NCBI RefSeq assembly: GCF_023055435.1
Contig: NW_025964372.1
Span: 13,640,001 to 13,704,000 of the forward strand
Reading direction: 5' to 3'
Source: Haliotis rufescens
Lineage: Eukaryota
DNA: 64,000 bases
Positions 38,480 to 51,529 of the stretch are shown piece after piece (position 1 is the first letter of the stretch; each line of letters starts with the position of its first letter). Below the pieces are notes generated by a model, which searched no databases, had not been told where the DNA came from, and saw only the letters and a list, made by a program, of their open reading frames with translations. Both the position numbers and the translations under genes were made by a program.

Positions 38480-41400
38480 CGTTTGCAGAAAGAGTGATTT
38501 CTTTTCTTCTATGAAAATGAAATTCCGAATGAACGACCAAGCTGGATTCCTTTCCATGAACGGCAGCAGAACACATTGAGAGCTAACGTCTTTACTTTCG
38601 CCTGCGAGACCGCAAGACCACAGATTGGATCACTTAGTGACGCGTCTACAGAATCACTACACTAGTCATCGCAGAAAGATACAGATTTCACAAATGGATG
38701 CAAAGTTAAAGTGAAACAGTTGTGCAATATTTGACTGCATTGAAGGGACCTTCCCAAAACTGTGAGTTCTATTGCAGTTCAAAGGAAATTATTAGCAGAA
38801 AATGATCTTACTGTTGACCAGGTATTGTCAACTGCAAATTCTAAGGAATTAACTGCTGAGGACTGTGATGATCTCAGCCGAGGCGAGGTATTTTCGTTCG
38901 TATTGGTGCGATAACTCATTTCATCTTGCCAAAAAGTGCAGATTAAAGGATACAGTGTGTTTGTTCTGAAACATCTGTGGCCGTCTACAGGCAGTTTGTG
39001 GAATGAACACAGGATCAAGTTCCAGGCCAATTGAAAGGGCTATGTAACCAATGTCAGTAAGAAACACAATTCTCCTGTAAATGCCATTGACAAAAGTGAC
39101 AATGATAATAAGGTTATTGTCAATGATTTATCTGAGTGTTTGAGTCAGATGTTTTCCATGGCAGTAGTGACCTGAGAATGGAACTGGATACAGGTTCACG
39201 AAATTCCATCATAACTGAAGAAGTGGACAAGTCGACAGTACCTTGGAGAACTTACACAGGTGAGCGTGTTACAAACTTGGCATACCGAAAGTTGATGTAG
39301 CAAATGGGAATGATGTGAGCAAGTTTTGAATGTTGTGAAAGGGGAAGGGCCCCCTCTGCTAGATAGAGCATGCCTACCATATTTGGACATTGACTGGAAA
39401 AAGCTAGGTGATGCCATACTTATGTGTAGCGAAGATACAAGCCAAGAAAAGTTGGAAGACATACTGATGTTTTCTCTGAAGAAATTGGTACAATTAAAGG
39501 TATTGAACTTCACCTATCTGTCAAAGAGGGAATTTCTCACAGGTTCATGAAAGCAAGACCGGTAGCTTATGTTTAAGAGGACAGGGTGAAGGAAGAGATT
39601 GTGCAAATGGAGAAGAAAGGAGTGTTGATTAAAGTGGTCCACAGTGGGTGGGCAACTCTGATTGTACCTGTTGTCAAAGGGGATCTAACAGTAAGAATGT
39701 GTGGGGACTTCACGTCTCCACTGAACCAAGCCCTGAATGTCAACAAGTACCCATTGCACAAAATAGAAGATTTGTTTTCTACTCTGGCTGGTGGAAGAAA
39801 AATGTCCAAATAGACTTAGCGCATGTATATGAATAGATGGAAGTTGGTGCAGATTGTCTGAAATATTTGACAATTAACACATCAAAAGGACTTTACAGGT
39901 ATACTCGTCTCACGTTTGATGTTGCCCCAGCACCAGCCATATTTCAGGCCACAATGGACCAGATATTGCAAGGCTTGGAAAAAGTATTGTGTCATCAAGA
40001 TCACATTTTGGTGACCTGATCAAGTGATGAAGGACATTTCAGAAATATAGAGGCAGTCTTCGAAAGGTTGCAGGTTGCAGGTTGACTTCACACTGCTAAG
40101 GATAAGTATTTTGGGGTTTGTTGTTTAACGCCGCACTCAGCAATATTTCAGCTATATGACGGCGGTCTGTAAATAATCGAGTCTGGACCAGACAATCCAA
40201 TAATTGAAATCATGAGCATCGATCCACGCAATTGGGATGCGATGACATGCATCAACCAAGTCAGCGAGCCTGACCACCCGATCCCGTTAATCGCCTTTTA
40301 CGACAAGCATAGTCACCTTTTACGGCAAGCATGGGTTGCTGAAGACCTATTCTACCCCGGAATCTTCACGAGTCCTATTGATAAGGTACAGGCCTTTACT
40401 GATGCTCCAAGACCAGAGAATATATTGCAGCTGCGTTCGTTTTTGAATGCTGTGAACAATTATGGGCGTTTTTTGGAGTATTTATCAACAGTACTGCATC
40501 CACTAAATCACTTGCTGAGGAAAGATAAGAAGTGGGGGATGGTCTTTCCTGTGTGAAGAAGCGTTCAAGAAATGTAAGTGCATGATTGCCATCTTAATCT
40601 TCACTACCCATACGCCTGGTATGGTGTTGGAGCAGTACTATCACATGTTACAAGTGACAGTTTTGGCCCAGTGTATTTGCTTCTGCACACTGAAGAAAGC
40701 TGAAAGTTGGTATTCTCAGACAGACAAGGAAGCTTGGGACTATTGTTGGTGTGGAACCTTTTCACCACTACATTTATGACAGACAATTCACATTAATCAC
40801 TGATCATCACTGACTGATTTGTTTGGAGCTGGACGATCGGTGCCTACACTTGTTCATCATACATGATTATGAGATAGAGTATATGGCATCAGAGAAGCAT
40901 GCAATTGCTGATGTGTTATCCAGACTTCCACTTGTCACTGTTACCAGGGAGCAGAGAGAATCACCAGATGACGTGGAGATATTTTACAACCGACGGTTTG
41001 AGCAACTACCAGTTACTGGTGCTGATGTGAGAACCGAAACAAGACGTGATCCTCTACTGTCTCAAGTGTACACAGCAGTGATGAATGGATAAACAAGAGA
41101 GCATGGAAAAGATTTTAGAATGAAAACATACCACATTCGTAAGTTTGAACTCGCGGTGCACATGGGCTGTGTGACGTGGGGGTCCAGAGTAGTAATTCCC
41201 TCTAAACTGAGAAAGACTGTTACAAGAATTACACCATTTTGAAGTGGTGAAGATGAAATCTGTAGACAAAAGTAACGTTTGGTAGCCTGGGATAGACGAT
41301 GAAATAAAGGAAATTGCCAAGACATGCTCAACATGCCAGAACACTCACAACAATCCACAAGTAGCCCCTGCACACCCATTGGCTTGGCCTTCACGTCCAT

Positions 41401-41700
41401 GGACCCGCATTCATCTTGACTTTGCAGGGTCATTGTCGGGTCATATGTTTTTGTTAATTGTAGATCTATTTTCAAAATGGCCAGAAATATTAGTAAAGAC
41501 TTCTACAACATCTAGTGCTACAGTGAAGGAAGTGCGAAGGCTGCGTGCACAGTTTAGTTTGCCACACCAAGTGGTTACAGATAACGAATGCCAATTTATG
41601 TTAGAAGAGTTCGAAGCATTTTCAAAATGCAATGGTATCAAGCATATTTTGTCAGCTCCATATCATCCGGCTACTAATGGACAAGATGAGAGAGCAGTAA
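38480..41700 (+). mobile_element. Degraded Ty3/Gypsy LTR-retrotransposon gag-pol
   Basis: Frameshifted RT ([35 protein letters not shown]), RNase H (LRSFL, YSQTDKEA, ADVLSRLP) and integrase (WPSRPWTRIHLDFAG, VTDN, SAPYHPATNGQ.ER) in Gypsy order; LTRs not identified. Confidence 0.9.
40113..40371 (-). mobile_element. SINE family A inserted in Gypsy pol
   Basis: Full family A sequence interrupting the RT/connection region. Confidence 0.88.
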
Positions 41701-42359
41701 TTGTACCATCTGGCAAGAAAAACATTAATGCATATTCTTATGGGCGGGCATCCGGTCCAAAAATACAAAGTTGAAATAAAGGACAAACCTACGCAATAAT
41801 TATGTGATGCATAAAAACAGCACATTTCGACACACCAATAAAAGTACTGTGCTACAATTTATCCCTTTGTCTTTTTGAATATCTGAACAACATAAATAAT
41901 ATACTACGCGTTAAATGAATGTTTATTGGAGGTTGTGTACTAAATACACGTACTATAGACAGATGTCGGATGACACAGAGTATACTATTTATCAAAACAT
42001 GCCGCCTGTCTGTGACTGAACGCTCAATACGAGAACACAACATGTATAGATAGAATATGCACACATTATATATATGACGTCATACGATGAGTGCACACAG
42101 AATGACGTAATACATCGAGCACTTCAGCATGCATTTATCATATACTCGGCGGAACAAGCCAATTTAACTCGGAATGTTTTACAAATTGCAGCGCCATCTG
42201 GCGTTCTTCATATTGTCAATATTGTCCTTAAGCAGTTTAGTGTCCTTTTTCCTGTGTCCTGGTGTTCTTTAGTACCCATTGTTCTTTCTTTACATATGAC
42301 TTCTTTTGTTTGCGAGTTGTTCATTGGTATCGTCTTTTATGTTAAGTAAATAATGACCT

Positions 42360-42712
42360 TTATCATATAATGGGTTGGTTACCCGGCAGGATAAAGCCCA
42401 CTGATAAAAACGATATCCATCGGGGTCACATGCAGATAGAGATGCAAATATCAAAGGTCAAGTTGTGACTACTTTCAGTGTTTACAAACAAACATGGCGT
42501 CGTCCTTGTCATCCCAGTAGTTTCTCCAGATGCCCGATGGTAAATTCTGAATTAACCATCGGGAATCTGGAGAAACTACTGGGATATTTGCTATCATTAT
42601 CAAAAGTCTGAATATCAGTGTCTAACTGTGACGTAGCTAAGGCATTTTGCAAGTTTTTTTTCAACTTTGGAGATATTATTTGCGAAACAATTTAGCGAGG
42701 ACACTAGCCTAG
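42360..42712. repeat. Dispersed non-coding repeat, copy 1
   Basis: taatggg..ggcaggataaagcc..gatagagatgcaaatatcaaaggtcaag.. repeated at 47143-47490. Confidence 0.8.
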
Positions 42713-43591
42713 TGCCAGTAGCAGGATCAGTTTCCATATCTTAGCTTGTAAACCTCTGCGGCTTGGAACCTTTTTCCCAGAATAAAACAGTTTGATTTGG
42801 CCGAAATATGTATGAACTGTTACTTTGTTTCGTTTTGTCACTATGTGTATATCTGACTGCACATCGTAACATTATGACAGAACAGGCAGATTCTAGACAA
42901 ACGTGATGTCTCATAGAGGAACTTTTCTTTGATAAAGGACAGTTACTCTAGCGGACAGACCGATGGATTGCCGCGTATAAGTAGAAACAATAGGCAGTTG
43001 TTAGGCAGTTGTTATTTTGCCTATATGTAGTTACTCTACTGTATAAGAAACAGGTTTCAGATGGAACAATATTCAAAGCTCAAGATAACTTTTTGAGCAA
43101 TTGAGTTTTTACTCTAGGGTTTCTAATTTAATTAGGTTATTACATTTTTAAATGGATAACCAATATTTTTTCACTCAACTATTCATCACTCTACAGGATT
43201 TTTCCCAAAATTAGTGAACATATTAAGATTTAAAAACAATGAAATATTGTTTTAGATGTATGCATGCTGAAAAAGCTTCATTGGGTATTTACGCGAGCTG
43301 TTTTTATACATTTGAGTTTTTCATTTAATGCATGCGTTTCTGTACGCAAGTTAGTTGAAAGTAATTGGGTTTTGAATATTCTTGGGGGGGGGGGGATTTT
43401 ACGCAAATGCACTGCTTATCTGTAGCTCTGTATATTGAATGTCACTGCCCGAAGGACATGTCACTTACCTTCTGACATAATATATATTAATGGGCACATT
43501 CCAGGAGAACTTGGCAATGTTTAGATAATGTTTGTTAGAGATGTGAAGTGAGTTTTCGATGACAGAATTGAAGAATGACATTATATGAAAA

Positions 43592-43768
43592 AAGAGGTTA
43601 TCACGCTTGTGTGTTTAGCTATGGTAAATATATCCAGTATTAGGAATAAACAAATTATATCCAGTATTAGGAATAAATCTATTTAGCTCGCCAAGGCTGC
43701 TAAATACAATGTTTATTCCTAATACAGGATATTTGCCATCCCCAAACACACTCGCGTGATAAGCTCTA
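43592..43768. mobile_element. Hairpin (fold-back) element, CTCG-bulge type
   Basis: agaggttatcacgc...gcgtgataagctct palindrome. Confidence 0.65.
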
Positions 43769-44536
43769 TTTATTTGTAACATCCTTTATTCGTAACTATT
43801 ATTATGTATGTTTGTCCTTTATTTCAGCTTTGTATTTTGTGACCGAATGGCCTCCCATGTGTTGTGATGATTTGGGTAGAACATTGAATGTTGGAAGGCA
43901 AGTGTGTGTTGTCCCTAGAAGTTACCATGGTTACAAGACAAGCTGTCAGGCAATCAACTAGGACACACTTAATCTGTACTGCCATAGATCCTATTGTATG
44001 CCGGATTTTGCGCATCTGTAGAAAACCAAAAGTGTTGTTAAGTTAAATTACATGATTAAACCAGGCATTCGTTTAGTGTTAACTCATTGGGTTGGTGCTA
44101 AAAGTTTGTTGTAATGGATTGTTTTGTTTGTTCATCACAGAGGTGTTAGATTTTAGTTTAAGGGGGGAAAACGTTGTCTGAGGTTTGTTTACATTATGTG
44201 AGCGCCAATGTGCACGCACTATTACGCTATTATGTCACGTCCCCAGCATCGGAAGTGAGGTCATCACCATGTACCTCGTGTCAGTTACAAATAAATAGTT
44301 CAAACCAGGGCTGCGTTGCAAAGCGCCAGTCGCTTGCAAGCGATGTACAGTGATTTGCCTAACAACGGGGCGCTAACTTTTAGCCGCTTGCAATGATATC
44401 AATCGCTGACGGAGGTCGCTTCGTTCCCAAACCAAAATGGCGTCTGAGTTCGTCAGCGGAAGAAGAAATACTTGACTGGATCAACTGGGAAATGAACAAA
44501 GGCAGCTAACATCCCACCATCCCCAGCCTGCGCCAT

Positions 44537-44773
44537 TCCCGTGAAGATCCGGTTTAGAATTGGTCTTCAGCAAACCATGCTTGCCGTAAAAGGCGACTAA
44601 CGGGATCGGGTGGTCTGGCTCGCTTACTTGGTTGATGCATGTCATCGTATTCCAATTGGGTAGATCGATGCTCGTGATATCAATCACTGGATTGTCTGGT
44701 CCAGACTTGATTTATTTATACAGACCGCCATCATAGATGGAATATTGCTGAGTGCGGTTAAACAACAAACAAA
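44537..44773 (+). mobile_element. SINE family A
   Basis: cccgtgaagatccgg head through to the (AAAC)n tail. Confidence 0.85.
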
Positions 44774-45100
44774 CTGTCTGCCTCACATCTTCAAAGTGGT
44801 CATAAATTTCATCCGTATGTCATCGAGCCTCTTCAATTACGTTCTTCATTAGGGCAAGGCAACCAGGTGGTAGTTGCCACGCCATTTTAGAAGAGTGCGC
44901 AAGAGCTTCGAACTGTTGCAGACCCCGGGATGAGCGATTAATGTGCTTACGCTAAGCAAAGACGTATAATTCTTACACACCTGTGGGTGAGAAACCCATT
45001 TAAGATAACTGGTATCAAACATATGTGTGAGATCGAATTCCAGACCCGTGATTGGCTACTCCATGGTGATGACGGTCACATTATTTATGAGTAGTAAACA

Positions 45101-45472
45101 GTAGCCTGCAACCTCGGGGTATCGCGGTACTTGTCATGTAGCCTGCAACCTCGGGGTATCGCGGTACTTGTCATGTAGCCTGCAACCTCGGGGTATCACG
45201 GTACTTGTCATGTAGCCTGCAACCTCGGGGTATCACGGTACTTGTCATGTAGCCTGCAACCTCGGGGTATCGCGGTACTTGTCATGTAGCCTGCAACCTC
45301 GGGGTATCACGGTACTTGTCATGTAGCCTGCAACCTCGGGGTATCACGGTACTTGTCATGTAGCCTGCAACCTCGGGGTATCGCGGTACTTGTCATGTAG
45401 CCTGCAACCTCGGGGTATCGCGGTACTTGTCATGTAGCCTGCAACCTCGGGGTATCGCGGTACTTGTCATGT
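45101..45472. repeat. 37-bp minisatellite, 10 near-identical copies
   Basis: Unit gtagcctgcaacctcggggtatc(g/a)cggtacttgtcat. Confidence 0.95.
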
Positions 45473-45878
45473 ACGCTGAACGGAACAAAATGCACTCACT
45501 AACCTTTATGTTTATTCGTGTTCTCTATATCAGATGGCATTTATTTGATCTAACAATGGATATTTTACTGATAAAAGTTCATTATTTACATTAGTAGCTC
45601 CGAGTAAAAGCCGGGCCTCGCGCTCAGTTTGACAAGGGAGAGAACTCCATCGTATCGCGGTACAGAGAAAAGTTGTGTATTGAGGTCCGAATTGGACAAA
45701 AAGAGGACATAATTCTACCAACAACTCAGTATGATCATGCCAGATATTTTGTTGTTGATTTTTTAAATATTTTTCTCTTACTTTTCTGTAAATATGCATT
45801 GAATACCTATTGCAGATAACACATTTAGAATTTTACTTGTGCTGTCTTTGCACTTGTCTGGACAAATCACTGATATCA

Positions 45879-46170
45879 TTTTTTCTCGCTCTGTGCCCAG
45901 AATCTATTGGGCGATCATAAGGGCCATAATGCCAAACTTAGAAATACGTTCTTCACTGGTAGCCATATATATAAAAAAAAATTGGATGACAATAATTTGT
46001 CACATAATGAAAAAATGTTAAACGTTAACAATAAATATATAAAAAACACTCCTAGTATGCCCCAAAGTATGTTTTTATCTTTTGGCTACTAGTGAAGAAC
46101 GTATTTCTAAGTTTGGCATTATGGCCCTTATGATCTCCCAATAGATTCTGGGCACAGAGCGGGAAAAAAT
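45879..46170. mobile_element. MITE-like element with ~87-bp inverted repeats
   Basis: ttttttctcgctctgtgcccag...cactggtagcca / tggctactagtg...ctgggcacagagcgggaaaaaa. Confidence 0.75.
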
Positions 46171-46448
46171 GTGCGGACTACGTAACTTTCGTTACCTTAT
46201 TGGTCGCTACGAATATGCAGATGATCTAGTTCAGGTCGATAGAGAAAGTTTACTTGGGGAACTGCGGGTTATATCGTTGGCCATAGATAGATGGGGGTAA
46301 GGCAATATTACAAAAGATGCTAGAAATATGCATCAACGCATTAATAACTCCTTACTTACAGCAGACGGAACATTCCGAGGAAATTGAAATTGTTTTCTAA
46401 GTGTGCACTTCCTGGTTACTGATTTGCATTAATAGACAGCTGCTAAGA

Positions 46449-46777
46449 TGAGGTGAGGTGAAATTGGGTTTAACGTCGCGTCCAAGATTATTGCACTTAT
46501 ATAGCGACGTGGCTGCTTGTACTAGTCCGGACTGATGCCGATTTATAGTGCTAGCCCACTGAGATACAATGCCGCAGTTTAGCATGAATACCCCACTCAG
46601 ACACAGTATACTGACTCCGAGCCGACCAGTCCTTGTTTTAGCCCCTCATGCCGAGCGCCAGACAGGGTAACAACAAGTACCATCTTTTAATGTCTTTTAG
46701 TATGACGCGGCCGGGGATCGAACCCCGGACCTTCCGCTCTCCGGGCGGACGCTCTACAACTAGACCACGGAGACGGT
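46449..46777 (-). mobile_element. tRNA-derived SINE family D, full length
   Basis: 14-bp TSD gacagctgctaaga; A-box tggtctagttg, B-box ggttcgatcc; (CACCT)n tail. Confidence 0.9.
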
Positions 46778-46989
46778 GACAGCTGCTAAGAGGCGTGTCC
46801 CGCGTGAACTATCGGAAATCACAAATGCCGCTATACGATGAATGCCGCGGTACCATGGGGTCCGAGTATACATGGAACGACGTCACTTATGACAATGGTG
46901 TTATGTATTAATGCGCCACTGCGATAATGAGAATATACAAAATGCATCGATCCGATGCTAAAAAGGTGCGATTTTAGGGTGTGTAAGAA

Positions 46990-47141
46990 ACAGATTACTG
47001 TACTCGTGCCTGTCAGATAACATTACCTTCCAACTCGTTGTTAAAAAGCGTATCTAACTCGCTTTCATTCGTTAGATACGTTTTGAAACAACTCGTTGTA
47101 AGATCAATTGCATCTGATTGACACTCGTGTAGTAATCTCTA
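46990..47141. mobile_element. Hairpin element, CTCG-bulge type
   Basis: agattac...gtaatctcta palindrome with ACTCG on both arms. Confidence 0.7.
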
Positions 47142-47142
47142 T

Positions 47143-47490
47143 TTATCATGTAATGGGTAGGTTTCTCGGCAGGATAAAGCCAACGGATAAAAACGATATC
47201 CGTTGGGGTCATATGCGGATAGAGATGCAAATATCAAAGGTCAAGTAGGGACTACTTTCACTGTTTATAAACAAACATGGCGTCGCCCTCGTCATTCGGC
47301 GATCGAGTCTGATTTAACCATCGGGAATCTGGATAAACTATAGAGATAATTGCTATCATTATCAAAAGAACAGTCTCATATACTGTAAATCAGTGTCTAA
47401 CTGTGACGTAGCTAAGGCATTTTATAAGTTTTCGCAACTTTGGAGATATAAATTTCGACACAATTTTGCGAGGGCACGAGGCCTAGCCAA
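47143..47490. repeat. Dispersed non-coding repeat, copy 2
   Basis: Similar to 42360-42712. Confidence 0.8.
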
Positions 47491-47697
47491 GCTGCACTGT
47501 AGATATCGCTGCAATGAAATTGCATCACAATGCTTTGCAGAACATTGTGACGTCATTGTGACCATGACGTCACAATCAAATGACATCAATAATGATTCTG
47601 CTATTGAAGCTGTTAGCAGTACTTTTTACACTTAATACACTGCTTATTACTGTCTACAAACTGAAAAAGTTGGAAGAATGATGTTGGGTGATAAATA

Positions 47698-47832
47698 AAA
47701 TCTCACCCTCGTATCTTTTGAAACTCGTTGATAAATGTGGAAAAAATCCTCGGTAAGCCTCTGAGTTTTCCCACGTTTATCAACTCGTGTTGATATATTT
47801 GATATCAAAAGACACTCGGGTGAGATTCTCTA
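47698..47832. mobile_element. Hairpin element, CTCG-bulge type
   Basis: aatctcacc...ggtgagattctcta palindrome. Confidence 0.7.
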
Positions 47833-49163
47833 TATCTATTTATTACCCACGTGGTGAAGATACAGGTGGTAAGATACTAAATCCGTACGTCACACGTGTG
47901 TCGTACAAGGTTGACCTTGTTTTATTCGTTTTGATTGGATAACCGTGACCTCTGTCACACCAGGACTACTTTTTTCATTCATAAAAAATCGCGAGACGTC
48001 ATTCATTTTGCGATTACAAGGCAGAACTGAAGAAATTAATGAGAACGAGAGATATTTACAAACACTTTATTAAACCAAACAAGATAGTCACACGCATCAA
48101 ATTCGGTTTGCATTCTACATAAGTTATGCATAGAGGTCCTACAGACATATAATAGAGCTAGATCTATAAATCGATTAACAATGTACGACTGCCGATCGAG
48201 CGCGTCCCTTGAGCGTGACGCACCCGACCATTTTCGCAACTTTCAATTTGATTTAACGTAAAAGGATAGGCTTGGTGAAATGAAGTCTGTTTAAACTATC
48301 TGGACAGATATCTAGACTTACTTGGGATGATCCGGTTGTGCCATCGGTGTCCCCCTTGAAGCGTATTTTGTGGCGCTGTTTCGGGAGGTGTTGTTCATGA
48401 ATGAACGAACACGACAGCACGACCAGATCACTTAAGTCCACAGTTCCGATACAAATCATTCGAAAACTCCGTGGAAGTGTGCTTGACTTCTGATTTTGTG
48501 GCCCCAAACATCCCAAATGTGAACAGTAACATTCCCTATCTCTAGCGTAAAACGCTGTGAGTGGATTGCGGTTGTCTTTTCTTATTCTGGTGGCGACCTT
48601 GCCCTTCGATCGTTCGAAGCTGTCACTGACATGCAAGCAGATTTGAGTTTGTTGATTTTCACGTCTTCAGTAAATAGGGTGGTACAGTTAACATGAATGT
48701 CTTTGGCGAACAGTCTGATTTCCCTCTTCCAAAATGGTACGGACATGATATAAATTCAGCTGATAGATCAAGGAAACCGAACCATTTTGACTGCACAGAC
48801 GGGACCCCGGCAGTGTGATGCGTGTGACTGTTGGTCCGATATTCAAAGCGCGGCGCTAATGTGACATTTCAAATTTTCTTATCGGTGTCCTGCGTACTAA
48901 CAACATGGCGCTTAAAATTAACATAAGTTGAAGACTTTCTTCCAAAAGGATCTTGAGCGTCGGTGCTGGTTTGTTTGCAAACAGAACAGCAGGCGCATGT
49001 TGTTAATGCGTATGCATAAACATGTCAACAATGCCCATATTTGGTCATATATCAATATTCATGCGCAACCAGATTTTGCAACCGGTTTCAGTTTGGTCTG
49101 TCAACGAACGAAAGTTGTTATGTAATTACACTTAAATATATATTTAACGTGGGTAATAAATTA

Positions 49164-49289
49164 AATACCACACTCATTCTCGTTAGATACCATTTTTACG
49201 AAACTCGTGAACTTTCTATGGTATCCCATAGAAAGTCCACTCGTTTCGTAAAAATGGTATCTAACGAGAATGAGTGTAGTATTCTCTAT
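49164..49289. mobile_element. Hairpin element, CTCG-bulge type
   Basis: Near-perfect ~60-bp arms ending in attctcta. Confidence 0.75.
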
Positions 49290-49631
49290 ATACGTCTTTG
49301 CGCTAAGGGATTCGTGGCTTGCAACGCGCCCCTGACGGTTTTTTGCTTGATAGTATTCCCAGTTCAGGTCGTACAAGTATCCCCGTGTTATGGGTTTTCG
49401 GACGCCAAGAAACACGCGTAGGTCTAATCACATTCACTTTTAAAAGACAATTTTCTCTCAAAAACAAGCCACCATCTAAGTATTTACAAAGTCAGTGCGA
49501 TGATACACCCCCCGTTATAGCGATAATTATAGTAATCGCGATAAACATGGACGGCCGACAACCTGTAACCCGACGGTACCCGAGCATGATACACAACATG
49601 TACCAAACATTCGATCACTAACCCTTACTCT

Positions 49632-49857
49632 GACCCGTGAAGATCCGGGGTAGAATAGGTCTTCAGCAACCCATGCTTGTCGTAAAAGGCGACTAACGGG
49701 ATCGGGTTGTCAGGCTCGCTAACTAGGTTGATGTTGTCATCGTATCCCAATTGCGAGGATCGATGCTCATGACATTAATCACTGGATTGTCTGGTCCAGA
49801 CCGCCGTCATATAGCGGGAATATTGCTGAGTACGGCGTTAAACAACAAACAAACAAA
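49632..49857 (+). mobile_element. SINE family A
   Basis: acccgtgaagatccggggtagaatagg head through to the (AAAC)n tail. Confidence 0.85.
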
Positions 49858-50612
49858 CTTACCAGTTACTTAGCTTAGAATTTCCAGTTTTTACATTCAT
49901 TGTCACTTCCTGTATCTAGAGTTATCTCCCTTTGACCGTAAGCGTTTCTAGCTCCTTCCCAGCGCGTGACACCTTTGTTACACTCTCGTTAACATCGCGA
50001 TAGTATTGAGAGCTCCGCGAACGGGCTATCGCTGTGAGGAGCTTGGTAAGCGTTTGTAGCTATAACCACCTCCGTCACTTTGCTCGGCTCCAAGCAATGT
50101 TAGTTTTTCTTCATGTTGAGACTTCAGGTCATAGCAACTGCAATGCTGAGGATCTCCTTTTCCGCGTTGAGAAAATTGGCTATTAAATAAAGGCCTCAAT
50201 TTCATAAGAGCATGTTGGCTAATTCGGTGTGCACGAATGACATTCTGTAACACAAATGAATAACACGATCGAGAAGTCTTCAAAGTGTTCACTCCGATTG
50301 TTAACGAGGTTGTAGTCACGCCACGTGACTCCGGTAGCTCACATGCGGCCAATGGCTCTCACCCACACTTCCAGCCTATCAACTTCGTCCTTACGTTTCT
50401 CGTTTTTGTCGAGTTATGAATGGGCTGAATTTTCTTCTCGATATCGGTTTCCCGACACTTATTTCTTTTCATTCTGCAGATTCATTGTCAGTAAATGCAA
50501 TAGAGGTTAAAAAGTAGGTTTCCTATCTAATTCCTATATCAACGCGACATGCATTCGTTTTATATTTTTAAAACAGATATATGTGATGAACAATTATGAT
50601 AATACGCTTTTA

Positions 50613-51529
50613 CGAGGGGCGTTCAATAAGCTTTGCAACTTGGGCATTTGTGTTTATATCAACAATGTCAACTTGTGGCAGGTGTGACACTATTCATAAC
50701 ATCAGGTTGACACGTGTCATAACAAGTTCCAGACACAACAATAAGTTAGATGTGATGGCTTCATTCACCTAAGGGTGTGCCTTCAGATGCCACCCAACCG
50801 GAAACCATTGCTGCTATAGAAAGAAGAATTTTGTCTGACCGACGAGTGAAAGTATCTGAACTTTCTAGGGAATTCCAAATATCAGTTGGAACTGTTGGAA
50901 CCATTATTCATGAGCATCTTGGTATGTCCAGGGTATCTGCAAGGTGGGTACCTAGAAACCTCAGAGCTCAAGATCGCCATCAGAGAACTGAAAGTTGTCG
51001 AGACCCCCTGGATCTCTATACTGCTGATGAAGCCGGATTTCTTTCTTGTCTTGTGACAGGTGATGAAACATGGATCCGCTACTGGGACCCAGAAACTAAA
51101 ATGGAATCCATGCAATGGAAGCCCCCCAATTCTCCGCCTCCGAGGAAGTTTCGCACTTAACCATCTGCTGGCAAGGTAATGGCCACCATATTTTGGGATG
51201 CAAGAGGCATATTACTGATTAATTACATGACACCAAAAACTACAATCAATGGACGACAGTATTATGCTAATGTAATGAAAGAATTGCGAAAATCTATTCG
51301 CCAGAAACGCCGTGGGATGTTAACACGCGGTATTCTACTTTTGCATGACAACGCTCCGGTTCAAAAGTCGAGAATTGCACAGGCCGCCATACGTGAATGT
51401 GGATTCCAACAGTTAAATCACCCACCCTACAGCCCAGACTTAGCCCCCAGTGACTATTCCCTGTTCCGGCAAATGAAATCTGCTCTACGTGGAAGACGCT
51501 TCGAGGTGTCGAGGACATAAAGGCTGCCA
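50613..51529 (+). mobile_element. mariner (DD34D) transposon, defective and 3'-truncated
   Basis: TIR ta|cgaggggcgttcaataag; ARWVPR, VTGDETW, HDNAP, HPPYSPDLAPSDY; in-frame stop at 51158; N-terminus deleted. Confidence 0.92.

Noticed and set aside
46700-46777. tRNA genes (also 16430-16487, 17735-17800 and 34650-34758)
   Set aside because: These are tRNA-like heads of SINEs with bodies, tails and TSDs; no intact cloverleaf
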